Assembly: GCA_963662465.1 (NCBI GenBank)
Contig: OY759599.1
Coordinates: 1,280,001-1,344,000 of the forward strand
Origin: Desulfatiglandales bacterium
Lineage (GTDB): Bacteria; Desulfobacterota; DSM-4660; Desulfatiglandales; Desulfatiglandaceae
Direction: 5' to 3'
Length of the DNA: 64,000 bases
The position numbers and the translations under genes were made by a program. The notes under the pieces are model-generated. The model saw only the letters and a program-made list of their open reading frames with translations. It was not told the DNA's origin and did not search any database. Within the stretch, counting starts at the first letter, position 1. Each line of letters opens with the position of its first letter. Below, one piece after another: positions 52,442 through 61,307 of this stretch.

Positions 52442-52473
52442 TCCCAGACATCTGATCACTCCCAAAGACGAGC
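52420..52473 (+). repeat. 54-bp direct repeat, copy 1 (copy 2 at 57849-57902)
   Basis: CCATCAGGCATCTGCCGAAT(A/G)ATCCCAGACATCTGATCACTCCCAAAGA(C/T)GAGC; 2 mismatches. Confidence 0.9.
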
Positions 52474-52521
52474 TGAGAAGGCTTCGACAAAGAATCCGGT
52501 GATGGCGCCCGCCAGGACCCT

Positions 52522-54424
52522 ATAGGGGTAGGAAAGAGCCTCTTGGCTCTCCCCTCCCTCCGAACCGTGCATGCGGTTCTCCCGCACACGGCTCTCCGGT
52601 CGATAGTTTCCTCATCGGGATCGGCACGCTGCTAACCGGGCCTCATGCATAGTGAAAAGCCCGATTTTCGCGAAGTAGGCATTCGGCCAGCGGCGGTGGG
52701 CTTCAAGGCTTTTGCCCCAGCCCTTGCGTTTGTTACGACGCAATAATACGGCGCGTAAGCGTCGGCGGACAAACTTATCCACCGCCGCAAACTCAGTGCG
52801 GTAGGCGTGTTTGAAGTAACCAAACCAGCCTTCGAGCATGGGGTTCAGATCATCAATGATGCTTTCCATACTTCCGCTACGTTTGCGCCGGGTCTCTTCC
52901 CGGATTTTATCACGAAGGGCTTTACGGCTTTTACTGCGTATCCAGCGCTTTCCTGCCTCAAACCGGTATCCCAGGAATTCAAATCCCTGACCCTTTTGTC
53001 GACAGTCGCCAAGATGCGTCTTGTCCGGGTGTAAGCTCAGGTCATTAGCCTGTACCCACTCCCGTACCTTTTGCAAAGCATTCTCCGCTTCCGTTTGACT
53101 GCGGCTGAGGATAACAAAGTCGTCCGCGTAACGCACCATCCGCATACCTGATTCCGCGATCAGGCTGTCAAGAGGATGCAGGTAAATATTCGCAAGCAAG
53201 GGGCTGACTACCGCCCCTTGTGGCGAACCACCCGTCGGTGTCCATCTTTCCAAGCCGTCCATCACGTCCTGTTTCAGGAACATTTGAATCAGATTGAGCA
53301 ATTTGCCGTCGCTGATGCGCATTTCGACTTGTTGCATCAGCTTATCGTGCGGAATCGTATCAAAGTAACTTTTCAGGTCGGCGTCCAGTATGAAGGTGTA
53401 GCCTTCCTTAATAAGCGCGTCTACTTCTCGCAACGCGTCCTTGCAACCTCTTTGCGGCCTGAAGCCGTAACTCATCGGCAGAAATTCATGCTCGAATATG
53501 GGCTCCATAACCATTTTAACCGCTGCCTGCACTACCCGGTCTTTGACCGTGGGTATCCCCAGCGGGCGTTGTTTGCCGTCGCTTTTCGGAATGTATACCC
53601 GTTTTACCGCTTCCGGTCGGTACGTTCCCGCTTTCAAGGTTTCATGCAGTTCGGCAAGGTATTTCTCCGCCTGCTCCTTAAAGCGCTTTATGCTGATACG
53701 GTCTATCCCTGCCGCTCCTTTATTGGCTTTGACACGTCCCCAAGCCGCTTCCAGCGTCGACAAGGCGAACACCTTATCCATCAAACTGTACCATTTACCA
53801 CCTTTCACCCCGTTACCCAGGGCTGCCAACATACGTTCCGTCCACACCGATGCTTCCACCCAATCCCATCGGGTTTCTGCCTCGCGTTTAGTTGTTTCCA
53901 ACACTGCCGAGACTGCTTGATTTAGCTGCATCTATATGACCTTTCCGTATCTATCTTCCTATCCTCCTTCCCTCGGCACGGTTTTGCTATCCGCGCTTTT
54001 CACAACCCGGTATCCGACGCAGGCGGCGGGTACTGGTCTCACGCCGTAAGCCTTGTTAGCAGGACCGTTCTGTCGCTACGGTACTATGAGGACTCTGACT
54101 CCTGCCTCCTGTCACCCCAAGAGACAGGTCTCCCTGCTTATCTCGCTTTACCTTCCAGTCATTCCGACCCCAAACATACCATGCCGTCAAACCATCGCTT
54201 TAACCGCCATTACAGCGTGGTCTGTGAGTTTCAGGCTTCACCATGGAACGGTAGGCTCGCCACCACATGACACCGAATCGGGTTCGTCATCCTACGGACT
54301 GACTTTTCGCCTCCGGTTGCTCTCCACCCCGCCTCGCGGCGACGCAGTTACCTTCGGCTACGGAGCTATGGCATACTCCGGTACGGATTTTCACCGCACT
54401 GATAAAGCGCCTTCACAGGCGCAC
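52522..54424 (-). mobile_element. Full-length group II intron (1903 nt)
   Basis: 5' end GTGCG at 54424; domain V GAGCCGTGTGCGGGAGAACCGCATGCACGGTTC (52594-52562, AGC triad); domain VI ending CCTACCCCTAT at 52522; internal RT ORF. Confidence 0.93.
52612..53931 (-). CDS. ltrA: Group II intron reverse transcriptase/maturase without an endonuclease domain
   Basis: KGAAGID, RPLGIPTVKDR, SYGFRP, DADLKSYFD, PQG...SPLLANIYL, RYADD, FLGY and GW.GYF; no HNH tail. Confidence 0.95.
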   Translation of the reverse strand: MQLNQAVSAVLETTKREAETRWDWVEASVWTERMLAALGNGVKGGKWYSLMDKVFALSTLEAAWGRVKANKGAAGIDRISIKRFKEQAEKYLAELHETLKAGTYRPEAVKRVYIPKSDGKQRPLGIPTVKDRVVQAAVKMVMEPIFEHEFLPMSYGFRPQRGCKDALREVDALIKEGYTFILDADLKSYFDTIPHDKLMQQVEMRISDGKLLNLIQMFLKQDVMDGLERWTPTGGSPQGAVVSPLLANIYLHPLDSLIAESGMRMVRYADDFVILSRSQTEAENALQKVREWVQANDLSLHPDKTHLGDCRQKGQGFEFLGYRFEAGKRWIRSKSRKALRDKIREETRRKRSGSMESIIDDLNPMLEGWFGYFKHAYRTEFAAVDKFVRRRLRAVLLRRNKRKGWGKSLEAHRRWPNAYFAKIGLFTMHEARLAACRSR

Positions 54425-54470
54425 CGTTCCCACGCTCTGCGTGGGAACCTGCTACGGACGCTCTGCGTCC
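54425..54470. repeat. REP-like hairpins forming the intron 5' exon
   Basis: GTTCCCACGC-TCT-GCGTGGGAAC perfect 10-bp stem, then GGACGC-TCT-GCGTCC. Confidence 0.85.
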
Positions 54471-54596
54471 ATCGTTTTTCAGGTTTACCCGGTCCTGGAT
54501 CGATGTTACCTGTTTTAGTTGCTGTGAATTCACGGCAATAAAGTGGGGACTCTCCCGTTCCAATGCGCCATATGAGAATTGAAGAGGATACTGATA

Positions 54597-55694
54597 ATGA
54601 ACATATCTTGCACAAAATGCTTTACGACAATTCTGCTTGAAGGTCCCATTGCTCCGACCGGTTCAAAAGTGACATGTGCGGGGTGCGGGTCAGCGTTTAC
54701 GATCTATCCTTCAAAAACTGTTATCGGCGACTTCGTAAAATATGTCATGAACAATTCTGATATTTCGGCAAGGGCTTGTTCAATGATCCGGGGTCATGTT
54801 CGTGATGTGGATATTTTCTTACGATCATCGCGAAAGGATTTCCTCGGATTCCGGAATTGTGGTCAAAAAATAACCAGTGAATTGATCAAATTTCAGCGTG
54901 AACTGAGAAAAAAACTGGATTACGGCGCAGGGCAAAATGAATCTGAAGATGAAATCGTCGAAAGCCATCATAAGGCCGTCATCGCGTTCCTTTCAAGAGA
55001 CGTATTTTTCAAAGAGGTCCTTGACTCCAAATTATCGCAGGCTTATTTCAAAGCGCTGCGGCACCACGGAATCGATACCCTGGAAAAAGTTTTGGCCCTG
55101 AGCTATCAAGATGTGCTTCGAATTAAGCACGTTGGGCGTAAGACCCTGCGCCTGTTTCGTGGGTTTCAAGAGATCTGCTCTGAAATTGTAAAGACCATTG
55201 TCGATTCGGAAGTGCTTCGTTTCAAAGATTTCAAATGGGTGGTGAGACAGGATCAAACGATTCGAAATATCCTCTCCCACGGAAAAAATATGGATGTGGA
55301 TGCTCCTTTTTTTTCCCTGTCTCAATGGATACTGGAAAACAGCCGGCATTCTGAACGAAACAGGGATGTATTTATGTGCCGAATGGGGATGTTGGGTGAG
55401 CCCGGGATGACGTATGATAATATCGGTATAAGGTATAATATTTCAAAAGGACGCGTCCAGCAGATCATCCTGAAAGTACAATCCAATGGACGTCGTCCCC
55501 TCCAGAGAATAAGGCTTGATCCTTTGATCGCAAAGGCAGCCGAAATTGTAAAAACCGGCGGAGGAAAAACAGGGCTCTCGGAATTAACCGAATCCTTGTT
55601 GAATTGCGGGCCTCAAGGCGAGCTCCTGAAACATGCGGAACCCTTTGTTGACTATTTGAAATCCTTCCCTGAATGGGAAGAAGTCATGAGATGA
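54597..55694 (+). CDS. Zinc-ribbon + 2x RNAP alpha-CTD-like + sigma70 region-4-like protein
   Basis: CTKC...VTCAGC; ISARA...GFRNCGQK; LS....ALRHHGIDTL..V...IKHVGRKT; SERNRDV...R.G....MTY..IG..YNISKGRVQQI. Confidence 0.7.
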   Translation: MNISCTKCFTTILLEGPIAPTGSKVTCAGCGSAFTIYPSKTVIGDFVKYVMNNSDISARACSMIRGHVRDVDIFLRSSRKDFLGFRNCGQKITSELIKFQRELRKKLDYGAGQNESEDEIVESHHKAVIAFLSRDVFFKEVLDSKLSQAYFKALRHHGIDTLEKVLALSYQDVLRIKHVGRKTLRLFRGFQEICSEIVKTIVDSEVLRFKDFKWVVRQDQTIRNILSHGKNMDVDAPFFSLSQWILENSRHSERNRDVFMCRMGMLGEPGMTYDNIGIRYNISKGRVQQIILKVQSNGRRPLQRIRLDPLIAKAAEIVKTGGGKTGLSELTESLLNCGPQGELLKHAEPFVDYLKSFPEWEEVMR

Positions 55695-56394
55695 TTGAGG
55701 GTCAAGACTTTGATTGACTTGTTTTGCAGCCCTAACACGAATGAGGCGGGGGAAGTCAAAGTGCCGGCCGATATCGCCAACAGGCAATACGCGATCGAGG
55801 TTCAGAGGCTTGTGAACATCCAGGTTCCTAATCCAAGTACAGGAGATGCGTGAATGGTCGGAAGAAAAACAGGCTCATCGTGGATTCGCGTGAGATTTGG
55901 CTTCTGAGCCGATTGTAGGTGCGACTTCAGTCGCACATTAAGCCGACCCTGTGCGACTGAAGTCGCACCTACAGCCCGAACCGAAACAATTTCAAAGCGC
56001 GATTTCACGTTAATCCGCGATGAACCGAAAAACAAAACCATCGACTGAAATCGAAACGATTGAATTCGCCATTGAGGACGCATTGAGACCCGGTGACTTT
56101 ATTGAGTATGATTTTAGCTGGTCTTTCACATCCGGTCTTGAAGAGGTCAGAAGTATCATCGAAAACTTCACCATCAGGGAACCCGTTCGCGGCATTGGTC
56201 TAATCGAGACATTTATCGCTGCCTGTTATGAGAAAGCGGATGAGATCGATGACTCCAGCGGATCATTCGGCGATTTTGTTGAAGCGCTGTTTTGTTCCTG
56301 GGTCAATGCCAGACAACGCGCGGACTGTACGGCGAAGGAAACCGTTGATCGCCTTCTTGCGTGGATCGATAACGACGACTACGGTTTTACTTAC
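55691..56394 (+). repeat. Duplicated 541-bp segment, copy 1 (MITE-interrupted and truncated); copy 2 at 58542-59082
   Basis: Near-identical DNA; both translate to KTKPSTEIETIEFAIEDALRPG...DYGFTY. Confidence 0.95.
55872..56026. mobile_element. 155-bp MITE with imperfect 26-bp TIRs and an 8-bp TSD, carrying a REP doublet
   Basis: GAAAAACA at 55864-55871 and 56027-56034; empty allele at about 58714-58722; TIRs GGCTCATCGTGGATTCGCGTGAGATT vs GGTTCATCGCGGATTAACGTGAAATC. Confidence 0.92.
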
Positions 56395-56760
56395 TTGAGT
56401 TTTCGAAAAAAAGTAACGGACACGGTAGGAACACTGTTTTATTCGATCATGCGCTCAAAACAAACCTCAAAGCGACCTGTATCGTAGTCCTTTATTACAG
56501 CGATGGTGGAATAATCAAATTTCCCATTGCTCATCGAATCTATTACCAGGATAGCAATAAGATGCTTTGGCAGAAAGGGAAAAAGCATATTTGCAAACCG
56601 AAATACGAATTGGCAATTGATATGTTTCAATGGGCTATCGACAGGGGTTTTCCCAGAGGCATCGTCCTTGCGGACTCCTGGTTCGGGAGCGGTCCATTTG
56701 TAAAAGGACTTAAAGGGTTAAAGTTGAGTTATGTTATTGAAATAAAGTCAACTTTAACCG
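56395..56760 (+). pseudogene. DDE transposase remnant (IS701/IS4-like)
   Basis: KYELA.DM...A...G....VLADSWFGS..F...L......YV.EIKS; starts exactly where the duplication breaks. Confidence 0.65.
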
Positions 56761-57069
56761 TAAGAGAGAGGTTTGCGCTGTACCGTTTTTGTGCCGGACC
56801 GGGGGTGTTCTGGGCCCCAAAAAAACGCGGGCGCGAGGTCTGAGAGGGCGACATGGCAGCAGAATATTATGGTTTCCAAAGACATACCCCAAAAACCCGA
56901 TAATTGGACATCCTAATCCCTTTAACTTTAAATTAAATGCTTTATTTGTAACTATTTTAAGCAAATTGGATTAGGCGGCTCTGGCTATTGGCCGTACAAG
57001 GGAGCGCATTTGCTCAATATGGCCAGCCCTTACATGACCAAGGGCCATTGCCATCATTACGGCTGTGGC

Positions 57070-57151
57070 CAAGCAGATTAAGTGAGAATTTTCACATTAT
57101 TTGCGCGTAAAAAGTGTTATGGTCCACGAAAATTGCTTGTAATAAATGCTC
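57070..57151 (+). repeat. 82-bp direct repeat, copy 2
   Basis: Matches 49837-49918 with a few substitutions. Confidence 0.9.
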
Positions 57152-57196
57152 TGGATCAATTTCCTGAGCCACGTCATTTTCAATAATCTGAAAACG

Positions 57197-57490
57197 CTAT
57201 ACGCCGTCCACGAAGAGATTCAAGCGTTTTTTTTCTTCATACACCTTTTCTGATAACAGTTCTCTGAGCAACGCCTGATAGGAAACCATCCCCTTTATCC
57301 TTGCCAGCCTGCGCAAATCATCTATGATGAACTCCGGAAGAGAAACCGAGGTCCTGAACATTTTCAGCTTCCCTCCATATTTGGGAACGACATTCATGGA
57401 TTTCCTGAAGGTTTCGGGCCTTTCAAGGTCAAAATCACTGAGTTCGTACTGCTCAGCATCATTTTCTCTCTTATTGTCTCGAGTATTTTT
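57197..57490 (-). CDS. BrnA/CopG-like antitoxin
   Basis: C-terminal RHH-like TSVSLP..I..LRRLA..KG..SYQAL.R..L; overlaps the upstream BrnT gene. Confidence 0.75.
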   Translation of the reverse strand, partial: KNTRDNKRENDAEQYELSDFDLERPETFRKSMNVVPKYGGKLKMFRTSVSLPEFIIDDLRRLARIKGMVSYQALLRELLSEKVYEEKKRLNLFVDGV

Positions 57491-57755
57491 CATAATTTTG
57501 CCTCTCATTTATTTTCATATCCCTCGCATGAATTGGTCGGGCAACTTCGCCGGACTTATGCTGAAATACGACGAAAAGATAGCGCCCACCAAAGGTCCGG
57601 CCTAATAACACACGGCGATCTGAGATTTTCTTATGAGGGAAAATAGTAAAAGGAGGATTATTAAAACACTGTTCAATTTCTTCCGCGGTTACCCCATGTT
57701 TTATTTCGTTTTTCCAGAGATTCCCCTCATCCCATTCTATGTATCGGTATCGCAT
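57471..57755 (-). CDS. BrnT family toxin
   Basis: EWDEGN..KN..KHGV...E.E..F...R...LGRT..GR.LFVVF....R.I.AR.M...ER..Y. Confidence 0.88.
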   Translation of the reverse strand: MRYRYIEWDEGNLWKNEIKHGVTAEEIEQCFNNPPFTIFPHKKISDRRVLLGRTFGGRYLFVVFQHKSGEVARPIHARDMKINERQNYEKYSRQ

Positions 57756-57848
57756 ATCCATGGCATAAAATGTACTTTCCATGGGGTATCAAGTCAAGGC
57801 TGATTTTGCAAACGGGAAGCCCTTGAAATTCTATAAATGAAAGATGCG

Positions 57849-57902
57849 CCATCAGGCATCTGCCGAATGATCCCAGACATCTGATCACTCCCAAAGATGA
57901 GC
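57849..57902 (+). repeat. 54-bp direct repeat, copy 2
   Basis: Matches 52420-52473. Confidence 0.9.
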
Positions 57903-58126
57903 ATGGATCAGTAACGATAGACAAGTATCACCTCCAGGCCCAAAATACTGCCAATTATTTCTATTGAACCGCAAGCCCATTTTGGCTATGCTCACCGCCG
58001 AAAAAAATGTCTTATCATTTCACCAAAGGAAAAGAAGGAGGAAAGGTGATGGCACGTGGGGTTTACTGGGGAAATTCGGCCTGCGGGATTGTGTCACTCT
58101 TGACTTTTCAAGAAAGAGGCGTTTGT

Positions 58127-58516
58127 ATGACAAAAAGATTTATGGCAGTGGCTTGTTGGTCTTTGATCTTTCCCGCTTTTCTTATGCTAATGGGTTGTAG
58201 CAGCGATTCCGGCGCCGAACCGGACAGAATATTCATCCATTTTTTTGTGGCGCCGCAATACATGCCGGACGGGACCTCCTCGGAGGAACAGATCCAGGCC
58301 CTTCGGCTTTGGCTGGCACGGGAAGCGGGGGGCTACACGGAATTTAAGGAAGCCCCGGGAGGCTGGATCGATGGGGCGGGAAATCTGCAGACCGAGGAGC
58401 AAGTGGCTTTTCTGGTATCGGCTCCCGCGAATCTCAAGGAAGCGATCCGCCAATATATGAGCCGGAACTTCGGACAAAGTCTCCCATACGTGGTGGTGTG
58501 GGAAAGCCTCCCGTGA
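58127..58516 (+). CDS. Putative lipoprotein
   Basis: MTKRF, hydrophobic stretch and LMGC lipobox. Confidence 0.7.
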   Translation: MTKRFMAVACWSLIFPAFLMLMGCSSDSGAEPDRIFIHFFVAPQYMPDGTSSEEQIQALRLWLAREAGGYTEFKEAPGGWIDGAGNLQTEEQVAFLVSAPANLKEAIRQYMSRNFGQSLPYVVVWESLP

Positions 58517-58704
58517 ACGGAGTTCCGGGGACACCATACTTATGCTTGACGGTCAAGTCTTTGATTGACTTGTTTTGCCGCCCTGACACGAATGAGGCGG
58601 GCGAAGTCAAAGCGCCGGCCGATATCGCCAACAGGCAATACGCGATCGAGGTTCAGAGGCTTGTGAACATCCAGGTTCCTAATCCAAGTGCAGGAGATGC
58701 GTGA

Positions 58705-59732
58705 ATGGTCGGAAGAAAAACAAAACCATCGACTGAAATCGAAACGATTGAATTCGCCATTGAGGACGCATTGAGACCCGGTGACTTTATTGAGTATGAT
58801 TTTAGCTGGTCTTTCACATCCGGTCTTGAAGAGGTCCGAAGTATCATCGAAAACTTCACCATCAGGGAACCCGTTCGCGGCATTGATCTAATCGAGACAT
58901 TTATCGCTGCTTGTTATGAGAAAGCGGATGAGATCGATGACTCCAGCGGATCATTCGGCGATTTTGTTGAAGCGCTGTTTTGTTCCTGGGTCAATGCCAG
59001 ACAACGCGCGGACTGTGCGGCGAAGGAAACCGTTGATCGCCTTCTTGCGTGGATCGATAACAACGACTACGGTTTTACTTACAACCTGGAAAAAGAGGTT
59101 CCCCGGTTTCTCAACGAAGCGGGTTTGGAAGAATTTACGGCGGCCATCCGTGCGCGCTATGAAGCTGAAATGAAGAAAGAGCATCATCGAAGTCTCTGGG
59201 GCGGAACCCTCAAAAGTATTTATGCCGCCGGCGGTGACTTCGATGCATATCTCTCAATCTGCAATGAGACGGAACTTCTGCCTGTGGATTGCGAAACCCT
59301 GGCGGAAATGCGCCTTTCACATGGAAACCCGGCAGAAGCGCTGAAATGGGTGGAAAAGGGTCTTGAAATCGAGAGCAATACTCAGGTGTACCGGGGGTCA
59401 AGCTATAAACTGGTCACGCGGAAATACTCGTCGAAGCCCACCCGGACGTGGCGGGGACGCTTTATCAGGCCATGGGACTGCGGATCGTCAATGCCAAAAA
59501 GAGCCGGTATTACAGCGCTGCCCTGTCTAATTTTAAACACGCGAAGCATTGCTACGAAAAGGCCGGTCTCAAAACAGCCTGGCTTGAACTGGTTGAAGAC
59601 GTTAAAGCCAGGCATTCCAGAAAATACAGTTTCATGCCGGGATTTGAACAGGTGGTTGAGGGGAAAGGTCCGGATACCAAACCATCGTTTATGGATTTGG
59701 CAAAAAAACGGGCAGGGAAAAACAGGCTCTGA
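58705..59732 (+). pseudogene. Helical/TPR-like hypothetical protein, frameshifted near 59410
   Basis: Plausible protein in frame 58705 up to ...GSSYKL; C-terminus (LYQAMGLRIVNAKKSRYY.AAL...HSRKYSFM.GF) is in another frame. Confidence 0.65.
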
Positions 59733-59906
59733 ATTCGGCCCGGGGGTCTTTGATTGACTTGTTCCTGCCGCCTTGATGGCAATGAACCAGGGGGGGGAAT
59801 ACCTGTTTTTTTGTCTTGGCCCGGACTGGCCGGACTGCGACTGTTTACTCCCGAACAGATGGAGAGCGGGGTTTTGTATACAAGATGGTTACCCCCGGTA
59901 TGAATT

Positions 59907-60323
59907 TCAAACGGAAGCCCCAGAGGGGTTGGCTTGAATCACATTATGTGCAGCATGTACAAGAAATGAGGACCGTGACATACCCCTCTTTTTTGCGGCA
60001 GCATCGATTTGCCTGAGCGTCATTTCGGGCAGGGTGATATTGACACGGACAGTTCGGGGTTTTGACTCGGGACCCGTAACAACAAGGAAAGCGGTGGCAT
60101 CCGCATAGTCGGGATCGTTCATAATTTCTTCAAGTTTAGAAGAAAATGGCAATTTGTCACCGTCTTCGAACATTCCCTGAATATGAAAGGTGAGGGCCTC
60201 CTCGGCCATATCCTTTGCTTCATCGATGTTTTTCCCAGCGGTAATGCAACCGGGAAAATCAGGAAATGAAACGCTGAAATCGCTTTTGGAATCTTTGTGA
60301 ACGACGGCGATATAATTTGACAT
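59907..60323 (-). CDS. hicB: HicB family antitoxin with C-terminal RHH
   Basis: VSFPDFPGCITAG....EA...A.EAL and VRVNITLP...L..ID......SRS.FL. Confidence 0.92.
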   Translation of the reverse strand: MSNYIAVVHKDSKSDFSVSFPDFPGCITAGKNIDEAKDMAEEALTFHIQGMFEDGDKLPFSSKLEEIMNDPDYADATAFLVVTGPESKPRTVRVNITLPEMTLRQIDAAAKKRGMSRSSFLVHAAHNVIQANPSGASV

Positions 60324-60332
60324 GGGAAAACC

Positions 60333-60497
60333 TCAATTGAACTTGATACCCGATTGGCGTTCGATACTCTTTAATGTGCCAATGTGTATGTCCCTTTTTG
60401 GATGTGGAACCGTTACGCGCCCCTTTATATCAGGATGTCGAAATTGGGTGTGAGAACCGGATGTTGCGACTCTAATCCATCCGTTTTTCGTTGAGAT
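60333..60497 (-). pseudogene. hicA: HicA toxin lacking its N-terminus
   Basis: My translation: NGWIRVATSGSHTQFRHPDIKGRVTVPHPKRDIHIGTLKSIERQSGIKFN*; in-frame TAA just upstream and no ATG. Confidence 0.82.
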
Positions 60498-60530
60498 TTA
60501 CAACTAGATGATATGGTTTCGTTTTTTCAC

Positions 60531-60565
60531 TTAAAACTTAAAACTTAAAACCTAAAACTTAAAAC
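60531..60565. repeat. Heptamer tandem repeat (TTAAAAC x5)
   Basis: Read directly; one unit is CTAAAAC. Confidence 0.85.
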
Positions 60566-60569
60566 CTTT

Positions 60570-60597
60570 CCTCGTTCCCACGCAGAGCATGGGAACG
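60570..60597. repeat. REP-like hairpin of the family targeted by the intron (unoccupied)
   Basis: CCTCGTTCCCACGC-AGA-GCATGGGAACG. Confidence 0.85.
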
Positions 60598-60668
60598 GGT
60601 GCAATACAAAAAAGTTTCATAGAACAAAACGTGATCATTTCCGTAGAACAATCACCAGGCCGCCAACT

Positions 60669-60750
60669 GGGCAGACACACAGGTCTGCCCCGACCCACCC
60701 CCATCTTTTGATTCACGATATGCCCGTAGGGGCGGACCTATGTGTCCGCC
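60669..60750. repeat. Pair of GTAG-type REP-like palindromes
   Basis: GGGCAGACACACAGGTCTGCCCCGAC and GTAGGGGCGGACCTATGTGTCCGCC. Confidence 0.7.
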
Positions 60751-61307
60751 TTTTATGCCTGCCTGCATCACTTTTTTTGCACCCCATGGGAACGAGCCCA
60801 CAAAACAATCAAAGTGTAAATTACAAAATGAAAGATGCCAAATTTTTCTATTTTCAACAACTGCCTGGTTAGCGTTTTTTCATTAATAGCGCCTTCTTCG
60901 AGATCATAAATGAATTCAGGCTGATTGAGCCACTCTTCCAGGTGGGCCTGAAGCAGCATAAGATTTCCTGTCTTCTCCTTGTATGACTCCGCGGCTTTAA
61001 AATAGCGCCACTTCTCCGCCATGAGCTTCTCAATCTGCTTAAGCTCCTTGTTTACCCTCGGTTTTCTTGGATCTTTCCAGACATGCATTCATTCTAATGC
61101 AATCGATTTATTAATTAATGCAAGATTTTCCACTTTGTGGGGGTATGGGGACATAGGGGTTGATGCTGAAGTCATGGTCGTCCGGCGCCCCCACAAAGGC
61201 GGCTGGTTAACAAGCGTATCTTTAAGCAATCCACAGGCGTTATCCGATGGTATCTCCCAGGCGGACTACGGATTGACGCTTCCTGTGTCTTTTGGTATGT
61301 TGCCGGC

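Noticed and set aside
52612..53931. RT as retron, DGR or CRISPR-associated RT
   Set aside because: Flanked by clear group II intron ends and domains V/VI; no TR/VR pair or msr-msd seen; about 39 kb from the cas genes
52522..54424. Assignment to classical class IIC
   Set aside because: Hairpin-adjacent insertion fits, but domain V has an AGC triad and EBS1 appears to be 6 nt; class left open pending RT phylogeny
55691..59082. 541-bp duplication as an assembly artefact
   Set aside because: The copies differ by several substitutions and one has a TSD-flanked insertion
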